DNA from: Ardenticatenales bacterium
Lineage (GTDB): Bacteria; Chloroflexota; Anaerolineae; Epilineales; Epilineaceae
Direction: 5' to 3'
Assembly (NCBI GenBank): GCA_020853525.1
Contig: JADYYS010000050.1
Span: 18,672 to 82,671 of the forward strand
DNA: 64,000 nt
The translations under genes were made by a program, and so were the position numbers. Of this stretch, positions 26,036 to 36,969 are shown one piece after another; positions within the stretch are counted from its first letter, which is position 1; every line of letters begins with the position of its first letter. The notes under the pieces are model-generated. The model saw only the letters and a list, made by a program, of their open reading frames with translations. It made no database searches and was not told the DNA's origin.

Positions 26036-26177
26036 ATTGCATTCATCGATCAAATGTTCTATTCTCCGATGCGTATAATCCCGATCGATCACCTGCTCGA
26101 GCGCCTGTCGCACGACACCCCGTCCGCCCCCACGCCGCCGACCGCCCGGTCGGCATCGCCCGCGCCCGGAGACCGCC

Positions 26178-28442
26178 ATGACGATCGCCCAGCCTTTGCT
26201 CGACCTCGACGGAACGCGCGATGAGGCGAACGGGCCGGCTGCCGATAGCCATCGCGTGGCCGTCGGCCAGACCGTCGACATCGCCGAGACCGCCGCACTG
26301 CCGCCGAATGCAAAGCCTGCGCCGCGCGCGCGCAAGACGGAAGCCGACGCGGCCGACTACGGCGCATCCTCCATCACCGAGCTTGGCTTCCCCGAGGCCA
26401 TCCAGAAGCGGCCCGGGATGTACATCGGCAGCCGCAGCAACCTCGGGCACCTGCTCGTCGAGATCGTCGACAACAGCATCGACGAGGCGATGGGCGGGCA
26501 CTGCTCGCGGATCGACGTCACGCTGAACGCGGACGGCAGCGCGACGGTGATCGACGACGGGCGCGGCGTGCCGACGGCGATCCATCCGGACAGCGGGCTC
26601 TCGGCGCTGGAGATGGCCTTCACGAAGCTCCATACCGGCGGCAAGTTCAACCAGGACAGCTACAGCACGTCCGGCGGGCTGCACGGCGTCGGGATCAAGG
26701 CGACGAACGCGCTGTCGGCGTGGCTCGTCGTCGAGGTCCGACGGGACGGCGTGAAGTATCGGCAGCGGTACGAGCACGGGTACGTGAAGTCGCCGGTCGA
26801 GATCCTCGACCCGAAGAGCGGCAAGGCCGTCGCGGTCGTCGGTTCGGCGGACGCGGCGGCGGCGACGAAGAAGGCGGCCGATCGCAAGCTCGGCACCGGG
26901 ACGACGATCACGTTCCTGCCGTCGAGCGAGTTCCTCGAGGTCACGCGCTTCGACTTCAGCGCGATCGCCCATCGGCTGCGGATCGCGGCCTATCTCATCC
27001 CGGGCCTCACGCTCACCCTCACGGACCTGCGCGGGCCGGAGACGCGCCGCCGCGAGTACCACGAAGAGGGAGGGTTGCCGGGCTACGTCGGCCACCTGAA
27101 CGAGAGCCGCAAGGTCATCCACGCCGCGCCGATTCGGATCCACGGCAACACCGACTCGGGCGTCGCCGTCGACCTGGCGTTCCAGTACCACACGGACGAC
27201 GACGAGGAGATCCTCAGCTTCGTCAACACGATTCCGACACCCGACGGCGGGACGCACGTCTCGGGCTTCCGCGCCGCGTTGACGAAGGCGATCAACGTCT
27301 TCGGCCAGGAGAAGAAGCTGATCAAGGGCGACGACGACATCACCGGCCGCGACACGACCGCAGGATTGACCGTCGCGCTATCCGTCATGATGCCCGAGCC
27401 CGAGTTCACGTCGCAGACGAAGACCCAGCTCGGCACGCGCGACGTCCACGGTCAGGTGCTCAGCTTGGCATACGAGCAACTCCTCGAGATCTTCCGGTCC
27501 GACTCGGCCCTCGGCCGCAAGATGGTCGATCGCTGTCTGGCCGCGTCCCGCGCCCGCGAAGCCGCCGCCAAGGCACGCAGCCTGGTCATGCGCAAGAGCA
27601 TCCTGGAGGCCGTGGACAGCGGCCTGCCCGGCAAGCTGGCGGACGTCGCCAAGAACGCCGACACGGCGCGGACAGTGCTCTACATCGTCGAGGGCGACTC
27701 GGCCGGCGGCAGCTGCAAGCAGGCGCGCAACAACAGGTTTCACGCGATCCTGCCGCTGCGCGGGAAGATCCTGAATACCGAGCGCGCCCGCCTGAACCGC
27801 GCCCTGTCCAACGCCGAGATCAAGTCGATCGTCTCGGCCGTCGGCGGCGGGATCGCGCGCGACTTCCGGGTCGAGGACATGCGCTACGCCGGCATCGCGA
27901 TCTTCGTCGACGCCGACGTGGACGGCCTGCACATCATGACGCTGCTGCTGACGCTCTTCTGGCGCTTCATGCGCCCCATGATCGACGCCGGCCGGCTGTA
28001 CGTGGCCCGCGCGCCGCTCTACCAGGTGAGCAAGGGCAAGCGCAGCGAGTACGCCTACACGGAGTGGGAGCGCGATCAGGTGATCGCCCGCTTCGGCAAG
28101 CAGGGCACGAGCGTGCAGCGCTACAAGGGCCTGGGCGAGATGAACCCGAGCCAGCTGAAGGAAACGGTCTTCAGCCTGCCCGAGACCGAGGGCGGCCCGA
28201 CGCCGTTCGCCAACCGCAACCTCTTCCGCGTGACCGTCGAGGACGCCCACCAGGCGAACCAGATGGTCCAGCTCTGGATGGGCGCGCACGTCGGCCCCCG
28301 CAAAGCGCGCCTGATGGCGATCTGGGACGGCGAAGCGACGTTCGACGAGCTGGCGGAGGACCTCGTCGCCGGGAGCGTCGACGACGTCGAGTTCACCGGG
28401 TTCGCCGGGTTCGCCGAGTCCGGCGACGACGAGGAAGGCTGA
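26178..28442 (+). CDS. gyrB: Type IIA topoisomerase ATPase subunit (GyrB/ParE family) with a ~55-aa non-conserved N-terminal extension.
   Basis: Motifs RPGMYIGS, LVEIVDNSIDEAMGGHC, GGLHGVG, the Toprim element EGDSAGGS, the QTK loop and KGLGEMNP are present. A TATAAT hexamer at 26073 lies upstream. The gyrB/parE distinction is not certain. Confidence 0.8.
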   Translation: MTIAQPLLDLDGTRDEANGPAADSHRVAVGQTVDIAETAALPPNAKPAPRARKTEADAADYGASSITELGFPEAIQKRPGMYIGSRSNLGHLLVEIVDNSIDEAMGGHCSRIDVTLNADGSATVIDDGRGVPTAIHPDSGLSALEMAFTKLHTGGKFNQDSYSTSGGLHGVGIKATNALSAWLVVEVRRDGVKYRQRYEHGYVKSPVEILDPKSGKAVAVVGSADAAAATKKAADRKLGTGTTITFLPSSEFLEVTRFDFSAIAHRLRIAAYLIPGLTLTLTDLRGPETRRREYHEEGGLPGYVGHLNESRKVIHAAPIRIHGNTDSGVAVDLAFQYHTDDDEEILSFVNTIPTPDGGTHVSGFRAALTKAINVFGQEKKLIKGDDDITGRDTTAGLTVALSVMMPEPEFTSQTKTQLGTRDVHGQVLSLAYEQLLEIFRSDSALGRKMVDRCLAASRAREAAAKARSLVMRKSILEAVDSGLPGKLADVAKNADTARTVLYIVEGDSAGGSCKQARNNRFHAILPLRGKILNTERARLNRALSNAEIKSIVSAVGGGIARDFRVEDMRYAGIAIFVDADVDGLHIMTLLLTLFWRFMRPMIDAGRLYVARAPLYQVSKGKRSEYAYTEWERDQVIARFGKQGTSVQRYKGLGEMNPSQLKETVFSLPETEGGPTPFANRNLFRVTVEDAHQANQMVQLWMGAHVGPRKARLMAIWDGEATFDELAEDLVAGSVDDVEFTGFAGFAESGDDEEG

Positions 28443-28445
28443 TCG

Positions 28446-30938
<2,493 letters not shown>

Positions 30939-30977
30939 GGGATGATTGCCGATGCTATCGCCACGCGATATCATTGA

Positions 30978-31259
30978 ATGATCCGCTCGTTCGCGTCGGC
31001 GGAGACGGAGCGCGTGTTCCTTGGTCGCATGTCGCGACGGCTGCCCACTGACATTCAGCGGGTGGCTCGCCGCAAGCTGCTGGTTCTGGATGCCGCCAGC
31101 TCGCTGAACGATCTGTCGGCACCGCCTGGCAACCGTCTCGAGAGGCTGCGAGGCGTTCGGAGCGAGCAGCACAGCATCCGCATCAACGACCAATGGCGCA
31201 TCTGCTTCCGTTGGGAAGACGGTGGCGCGGACAACGTCGAGATCGTCGACTACCACTGA
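30978..31259 (+). CDS. higB: HigB toxin (RelE/ParE superfamily, 'plasmid maintenance system killer').
   Basis: ...DAASSLNDLSAPPGNRLERLRGVRSEQHSIRINDQWRICFRWEDGGADNVEIVDYH is the characteristic HigB C-terminus. The toxin is encoded upstream of its antitoxin. Confidence 0.85.
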   Translation: MIRSFASAETERVFLGRMSRRLPTDIQRVARRKLLVLDAASSLNDLSAPPGNRLERLRGVRSEQHSIRINDQWRICFRWEDGGADNVEIVDYH

Positions 31260-31276
31260 TGAGAGGAGGCGTTGTA

Positions 31277-31593
31277 TGGACGCCGAAGATCGATTGCCGC
31301 CGGTCCATCCTGGCGAGGTCCTGCTCGAGGACTTCTTGAAGCCGCTCGGCCTCTCGCAGTACCGCTTGGCCGCGGAGATCGGCGTGCCTCCATTGCGGAT
31401 CAGCCAGATCGTTCGCGGTCGACGCGCCGTCACCGCCGACACCGCCATTCGCCTGGCACGCTACTTCAGCACAAGCGCGGAATTGTGGTTGCGGTTGCAG
31501 GCCGGCTACGACCTCGAGGTTGCCGAATTGGCCACCGGCGAGCGCATTCGCCGAGAGGTGCGAGTTCGCGGCGGGCAGCCGGTGGAGCATTAG
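31277..31593 (+). CDS. higA: HigA antitoxin (XRE-family HTH).
   Basis: PVHPGEVLLEDFLKPLGLSQYRLAAEIGVPPLRISQIVRGRRAVTADTAIRLARYFSTSAELWLRLQ. Confidence 0.85.
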
Positions 31594-31597
31594 GGCG

Positions 31598-31819
31598 ATG
31601 GACGCGCAGTTCACCGCCGTCTTCCAGCAGGTCCCCGAGGGCTACATCGCCTGGGTCGATGAGCTGCCGGGGGCGAACACCCAGCGCAACACTCTCGAGG
31701 AGGCCCGCGAAAACCTCGCCGAGGCCGTGATGCTCGTGTTGGAGGCCAACCGCATGCTGGCTGAGGAAGACCTGGCCAGCGCTGACGTGATCCGCGAGCT
31801 GTTGCTGCTGACGGCGTGA
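31598..31819 (+). CDS. HicB-like (UPF0150 family) antitoxin-domain protein with no adjacent HicA.
   Basis: MDAQFTAVFQQVPEGYIAWVDELPGANTQRNTLEEARENLAEAVMLVLEAN matches the HicB/UPF0150 pattern. It starts 4 nt after the higA stop. Confidence 0.55.
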   Translation: MDAQFTAVFQQVPEGYIAWVDELPGANTQRNTLEEARENLAEAVMLVLEANRMLAEEDLASADVIRELLLLTA

Positions 31820-31848
31820 CAGTTCAATGACCTGAACCTGGAGGATCG

Positions 31849-33270
31849 ATGCGAGGATTTGTGCAAACGCCTCCAAATGTCGTGGACCAGATGGTGGCCA
31901 TGCTCTTCCGCGACAGGCGACCTTCTCCCAGTGACCGCCTTCTTGATCCCGGCTGCGGCCCAGGCGCCTTCATCGCTGGCGTGCTGCGCTGGTGCGCGCG
32001 TGAAGGTGTGGAGCCACCGCAGATTGTCGGAATCGAACTCGATCCCGCGCATGTAACGTCGGCACGGGAACGATTCCGGAACGATCCGTGCGTGTGCATT
32101 CGAGGGGCCGACTTCTTGGATTGCCAGAATCAGGATCGATACGACTTCATCATCGGGAATCCGCCCTACGTATCAATCCTGCAGCTCTCCGAACAGGAAC
32201 GGGCTTACTACAAGTCGTCGTTTGTAACCGCAACTGGCAGGTTCGACCTCTACATGCTGTTCTTCGAGCAGGCAATCCGCCTCCTCGATGCAAGAGGCAC
32301 TCTCGTGCTCGTAACACCAGAAAAGTATGCGTATGTTGCCTCTGCGGGCCGTCTCCGCCAGAAGTTGGCCGGGCTCCATGTGACCGACTTCGTGCTCCTC
32401 GATGAGAGCGCGTTTGGCTCTCTTACAACATATCCTGCCATAACGCGCGTTCGCCACTCCCCGCCTGGGCCGTGCAGGATCACAACACGTGGGGGTGCTG
32501 AACGGATCGTAAACCTGCCAAGTGACGGCGCTTCATGGCGCTTCCATCTTCGCGATGGACGACCGTCGTTGCTCACGCCCAGCGGTGAGACGCTGCGGGA
32601 GTTCTGCGATCGCATAAGTTGCGGTATCGCGACAGGTGCGGATCGGGTGTTTGTAATGCCGTCAGATCACGTGCCTGCGCGCCTCGAAAAGTTTGCCTGG
32701 CCGACGATCTCGGGTCGTCAACTCACGATGGCTCCAGAACGCATCGCGACGACCTCGTCGATTCTCGTTCCATACGATAGGCAGGGAGATCTCCTGCCGT
32801 TGGCGGAACTGGAAGAGCTGGGAGAATATCTGCGCACACCCGCGATCGCCCTTCGCCTTCGCGCTCGATCCTGCGTCGCGCGTAAGCCCTGGTATTCCTT
32901 TCACGACTCCGTACCCATGCGTGATCTGGTCCGGCCCAAACTCATCTGCAAGGACATTTGTGCCGAGGCATCTTTCTGGATCGATTCCAAGGGAGAGATC
33001 ATACCCGGGCATTCCGCCTACTACCTCGTGCCGCGTGTCGCCGCGCTGCTCGAGCCCATGGCACACTACCTTAATAGCAGCCTAGTTCGTTCTTGGCTGC
33101 GAGATCACAGCCAGCGTGCGGCAAATGGCTTTCTTCGGAATCAGAGTACAATTCTTAAGCAAGTGCCCATTATATCCGAAGTTGCAAGAGATTGGCGACA
33201 ATTATTAGGTGAACACTCTCTCTCGGCTGATGGTGATAGCTTGGCCGTGCACCTGGAGCCGCTGCCGTGA
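31849..33270 (+). CDS. Gamma-class N6-adenine DNA methyltransferase (TaqI / Eco57I-like). Lies in lower-GC DNA.
   Basis: Motif I LLDPGCGPGAFI. Motif IV FIIGNPPYV. MRGFVQTPPNVVDQMV at the start, with a GGAGGA Shine-Dalgarno. Local GC is roughly 50% against ~70% in the flanks. Confidence 0.8.
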   Translation: MRGFVQTPPNVVDQMVAMLFRDRRPSPSDRLLDPGCGPGAFIAGVLRWCAREGVEPPQIVGIELDPAHVTSARERFRNDPCVCIRGADFLDCQNQDRYDFIIGNPPYVSILQLSEQERAYYKSSFVTATGRFDLYMLFFEQAIRLLDARGTLVLVTPEKYAYVASAGRLRQKLAGLHVTDFVLLDESAFGSLTTYPAITRVRHSPPGPCRITTRGGAERIVNLPSDGASWRFHLRDGRPSLLTPSGETLREFCDRISCGIATGADRVFVMPSDHVPARLEKFAWPTISGRQLTMAPERIATTSSILVPYDRQGDLLPLAELEELGEYLRTPAIALRLRARSCVARKPWYSFHDSVPMRDLVRPKLICKDICAEASFWIDSKGEIIPGHSAYYLVPRVAALLEPMAHYLNSSLVRSWLRDHSQRAANGFLRNQSTILKQVPIISEVARDWRQLLGEHSLSADGDSLAVHLEPLP

Positions 33271-34049
33271 CAACGCCGATAGATCAAGTGATTGCAGAAA
33301 TGACAAGGGTGCGCTTTCATAATCATCGGAGCGAAGCGCACTCAGACATCATTAGTCATGGTATCTGGAATCTTCTCTTGGACCGTTGCCCGGCGATTAG
33401 TACGGACTTTGAGCGAGACAAGATCGACTTTTGGACGAATGTGGAGGTGCCGGGACTGACTCACCGTATTGATATGATGGTTTGCGAGGTTGGCCCGCAT
33501 CCAAGCACTCCATCGCTTGAACGCGCAAGAATCTGCTTAGAGAACAAGACCGTCATAACAGCGCATGGCAAGAATCGTCGCAATCGTCACAGTGACCTCT
33601 CCGACTTTTATCGCCTAGTACAGAGCACGACGCCGGAGGCTATCGTCCTTGGAACCGTTTTGATCGGAACGGCGGAGCAATATCTGAATATTCCGGACAG
33701 CGTGCGACCTGCATGCAAGCTGCTAGATATCAACTTTGAAACAGACGTGCTTCCGCGACTCTCTTCTGGCGATGAGTCGCTATGGGATCAATTCCGAACT
33801 CTAGTTGGACAGAATCGATCATCTGATGCTGCAAAGACCGTCGAGCTTATGCGATCACTTCCGACCAGACCGCGAGGGTTTACACACGAGACGGGGTTTG
33901 ATTATCTCTGGATTGTGCCCCTGCGAATTGACAATGTATCCGCGCCCCGCGTCGTCAGGCAAAACGAGTTTGCCATCGACATCGACGGCGAGTTCGAGGA
34001 AATGATCGATACGATTTGTCGTAGATACACTTCCCGCTGGTCACCCTAG
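33267..34049 (+). CDS. Putative restriction endonuclease partner (candidate PD-(D/E)xK: HRIDMMVCEV ... CLENK). No family recognised.
   Basis: Its GTG start overlaps the MTase TGA stop (GTGA). It shares the low GC of the MTase. The only internal argument is the D...E-x-K spacing. Confidence 0.4.
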   Translation: MTTPIDQVIAEMTRVRFHNHRSEAHSDIISHGIWNLLLDRCPAISTDFERDKIDFWTNVEVPGLTHRIDMMVCEVGPHPSTPSLERARICLENKTVITAHGKNRRNRHSDLSDFYRLVQSTTPEAIVLGTVLIGTAEQYLNIPDSVRPACKLLDINFETDVLPRLSSGDESLWDQFRTLVGQNRSSDAAKTVELMRSLPTRPRGFTHETGFDYLWIVPLRIDNVSAPRVVRQNEFAIDIDGEFEEMIDTICRRYTSRWSP

Positions 34050-34246
34050 ATGATGCCCGGAGCTTCGTTGTCGCGAGTACGCGATTGATCCTTGAATGGT
34101 TCCTGTTCTACCGCAAAGCAGCCGCTCTTGCACTAAGATGTGTCTAGCGCGGCGGCGTCGATCGCCATTTCAGCCAACGTCCGCGAAATCGCAAGACTAC
34201 AAGTATGATTGCCGCCGATTCCATATGTGGACGCACCCCAAACCAC

Positions 34247-35047
34247 CTATGGCCCTGCGTCAAACCACGCATGTAATCGCGCCATTCCTTCTGTGGAATC
34301 GGCCCCGGCGTCCGCCTTCTTGGGTGTCATCGGAGTCGGAGTCGGCGTCGGCCACGCCCTTACCGTCGCCGTCGGTGACGCCGGTGGCCGCGACCCCGTC
34401 ATCGTCGCCGTCCCCGCCGGAACGTCAACCGTCGCCGTCGCCCCCACCCCCGGTGTCCCCTCGTCCTCCCACCAGTACGAGCTCATTCCCCCGATGCAGT
34501 CATCGCACGTCGCGGCCGGGAAGAGTTCCATGCTGCGGTTGATCCGGATCGGTCCGCTGCCGGCCCGTCCGGCCCGCAAGACACCGTCGCCGCGCAGCTC
34601 GATGCGCCAGTAACAGATCCAAGGCGGGCCTGCCGGGAAGATGTCCTCGAGGAGCGACCAGTCCTCCGGAAATCGCTCGTCGTGCTCGGCTGCCGTCATG
34701 CGCAGGGCGGCGACGACCTCGGTGTAGAGATCATGATCGCCCAACCGTCCGTGCAATCCCATCATCGCCGACTGGAGCCGCGCGTGCTCCACCGCGTCAA
34801 AGCGGCTCATCCCACCGCGGCACACCGCCAGCGGATGGCCTTTGCTGAGAAGCGGCAAGTAGATGTGCCCAGGCGCCGCGTGCGCCGCATGCGCCGCCGA
34901 ACCGAGGAGCGGCTGCAGTTCGTCAGGTCGAACCAGCACACGCGCCGACGATCTGCCCAAGATCGTGCCCGCGGCCACGCAGATGGCCAGGCATGCGGCA
35001 CCGACGAGCCTCGCCAAGGCACTTGAACGACGGTTGTGGATCACGGG
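34247..35047 (-). CDS. Hypothetical membrane-anchored protein with a Thr/Pro-rich C-terminal tail. No family recognised.
   Basis: Long ORF on the minus strand. The hydrophobic segment ARLVGAACLAICVAAGTILG is the only recognisable feature. The start position is uncertain. Confidence 0.3.
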   Translation of the reverse strand, partial: PVIHNRRSSALARLVGAACLAICVAAGTILGRSSARVLVRPDELQPLLGSAAHAAHAAPGHIYLPLLSKGHPLAVCRGGMSRFDAVEHARLQSAMMGLHGRLGDHDLYTEVVAALRMTAAEHDERFPEDWSLLEDIFPAGPPWICYWRIELRGDGVLRAGRAGSGPIRINRSMELFPAATCDDCIGGMSSYWWEDEGTPGVGATATVDVPAGTATMTGSRPPASPTATVRAWPTPTPTPMTPKKADAGADSTEGMARLHAWFDAGP

Positions 35048-35275
35048 CACCTCGGGGATCGTCGCGGTCAGCATCGCAAGGTGATCCGAGCTGCCGGGAG
35101 TATCGTCCTCGGCGGGCGCGGAAGCAAAGCGATCGATGGGTCGGTGCGCCGGTCTGCACTTCCGGTAGCGAGCCGTCGGCAGCGGCTCCCGACTTCTGAA
35201 TCGTGTATCTTCCACGGCACGGCTCGAAGTCGCATGAGGCTGCCCCTGTGGCAAAGCGTTGACAAGTACGTGTAA

Positions 35276-35902
35276 GTGGCTACGCTTTGCCACATGATCG
35301 TCGCCGACTCCGCCTCCCGGATCCTTCAGCTGGCGCGCCGCCGCGGCTCGATCACGCGCCGCGAAGTCGCCGCGGCCGGAATCCACAGCCAAGCGCTCAG
35401 CCGGTTGGTGATGTCCGGTCGCCTCGAACGCGTGGGGCGGGGCCACTATCGACTGCCCGACACTCCGATGACGGAGCACCACGGCCTGGCGCTTATCGCA
35501 GCCGCCGCCCCTGGGGCGGTGATCTGCCTGCTCTCAGCGCTCAGCTTCCACCGTGTCGGCACCCAGCTCCCTCATGAGGTCTGGATCGCGCTCGATCGCC
35601 GAAGCCGCCGGCCGGCGATTGCGTATCCGCCGCTCCGCGTCGTGCGCTTCGGAGGTGCAGCGCTGACCGATGGAATCGAGACGCATGTAATCGAAGGACA
35701 AGCTGTCCGCGTCTACTGTGTGGCCAAAACGCTCGCGGACACCTTCAAGTATCGCAACAAGGTCGGCCTCGATGTCGCGATCGAAGCGCTGCGCGACGCT
35801 TGGCAATCGCGCCGGGCCACGATGGCCGAGATCAGCCGTTTCGCACGCATCTGCCGCGTGGAGCAGGTGATGCGACCGTACCTCGAGGCATTGGTCGCAT
35901 GA
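35276..35902 (+). CDS. AbiEi-family antitoxin / transcriptional regulator (type IV TA). No cognate AbiEii (DUF1814) toxin follows it.
   Basis: N-terminal wHTH ARRRGSITRREVAAAGIHSQALSRLVMSGRLERVGRGHYRLPD. The C-terminal part reads CLLSALSFH...VYCVAKTLADTF...GLDVAIEALRDAW. Confidence 0.65.
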   Translation: MATLCHMIVADSASRILQLARRRGSITRREVAAAGIHSQALSRLVMSGRLERVGRGHYRLPDTPMTEHHGLALIAAAAPGAVICLLSALSFHRVGTQLPHEVWIALDRRSRRPAIAYPPLRVVRFGGAALTDGIETHVIEGQAVRVYCVAKTLADTFKYRNKVGLDVAIEALRDAWQSRRATMAEISRFARICRVEQVMRPYLEALVA

Positions 35903-35946
35903 CGCCGGCCAGCGGCGGCCTAGCGTCATCGGTGCACACCCCTCAC

Positions 35947-36768
35947 TCAGCCCTCCGTCGCCGGCCCCCCTGGCACAAACGTGTCGCTGACAGCGATCAC
36001 ATGCCGCATAAACGCCAGCGTCTCCACCACGTCCCCCGGATCGGCCGGCGTTCGCGCCCGCCCGCTCGGGTCCGGCCGGTCGGCGACTGCGCGCTGGATG
36101 AGATCGGTCCATCGGGGGTCCAACTGCGCCTGCGCCCACGCAGCCGCCGCCGGCTTCGAGACGACGGTGCCGGTGGCCAAGGTGTGGAGCATCCGGCAGT
36201 AGGTCAGCACCGCGAAGGGCTGGTAGAACCGGTTGCCGATGTGCTCCGGGTGGGCGAACCAGCCGTCGGCGCGGCTGTGCATAATCGCGCGCACCTCGCG
36301 CCGGAGATCGTCGACCGGCACCGGGTCGAGAAGGGTGCGGATGTCCGGCCCGGCCAGCGTGATCCCCCGTTCGCGCAGCTGCCAGCGGACGACGAACGTG
36401 TTGTCGTGTTGGGAGCGCTCGACCACGCGGCTGCCGTTGTCGAAGTACAGTAGCGGGGCGCTGTCGGGTGCGTAGCGTCGCAGCGCGTGCCGGGTGATGT
36501 ACGAACCCTCGAGGTGCTTCGCCCAGTTGGAGTCGAGCGCCCAGAGCCGCGCCTGCATCGCCTCGATATCCGCCACCTGGTCATCCGCGATGTCGCGCTC
36601 GACCACGATCATGTAGTCCACGTCGCTGGCCTCGTCCGGGTCGCCGACCGCGAAGGAGCCGTGCAGGTAGGCGCCGACGAAGTTGCCGGCCAGGAGCGTC
36701 TTGTTGGCGGCGACGAGCTGGACGAGAATGGCGTTGAGGTCGGTGCAGTCCGTCGAATGAATCGGCAT
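35947..36768 (-). CDS. Nucleotidyltransferase-domain + DUF4111 protein (AadA-like aminoglycoside adenylyltransferase family).
   Basis: GAYLHGSFAVGDPDEASDVDYMIVV is the Pol-beta NTase signature. LLDPVP and VLTYCRMLHTLATG align with the AadA C-terminal domain. Confidence 0.75.
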   Translation of the reverse strand: MPIHSTDCTDLNAILVQLVAANKTLLAGNFVGAYLHGSFAVGDPDEASDVDYMIVVERDIADDQVADIEAMQARLWALDSNWAKHLEGSYITRHALRRYAPDSAPLLYFDNGSRVVERSQHDNTFVVRWQLRERGITLAGPDIRTLLDPVPVDDLRREVRAIMHSRADGWFAHPEHIGNRFYQPFAVLTYCRMLHTLATGTVVSKPAAAAWAQAQLDPRWTDLIQRAVADRPDPSGRARTPADPGDVVETLAFMRHVIAVSDTFVPGGPATEG

Positions 36769-36969
36769 GGCCGGGCATTATGGACCCATCCTCCAGTCGG
36801 CGGGACAACCGCCGGTGGTCGCCCGCCGGTGATCCTGCCCTATCATCTGGGCCATCCGTCCGCGACCGCCCCCGACCCCCACCATGGTCGGCTGGCCACT
36901 ACGATCCCCGATGCCGAGCGGTTGAGCGCCGCCCAGCTTCGCCCGCCTGCCCACAGGGACTCCGCACGA

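Noticed and set aside
34096-34613. Two overlapping + strand ORFs (148 and 134 aa) rich in Pro/Ser/Thr
   Set aside because: They overlap the 3' half of a longer minus ORF and have no motifs. Likely frame artefacts, though the whole 34.05-35.28 kb segment is poorly explained.
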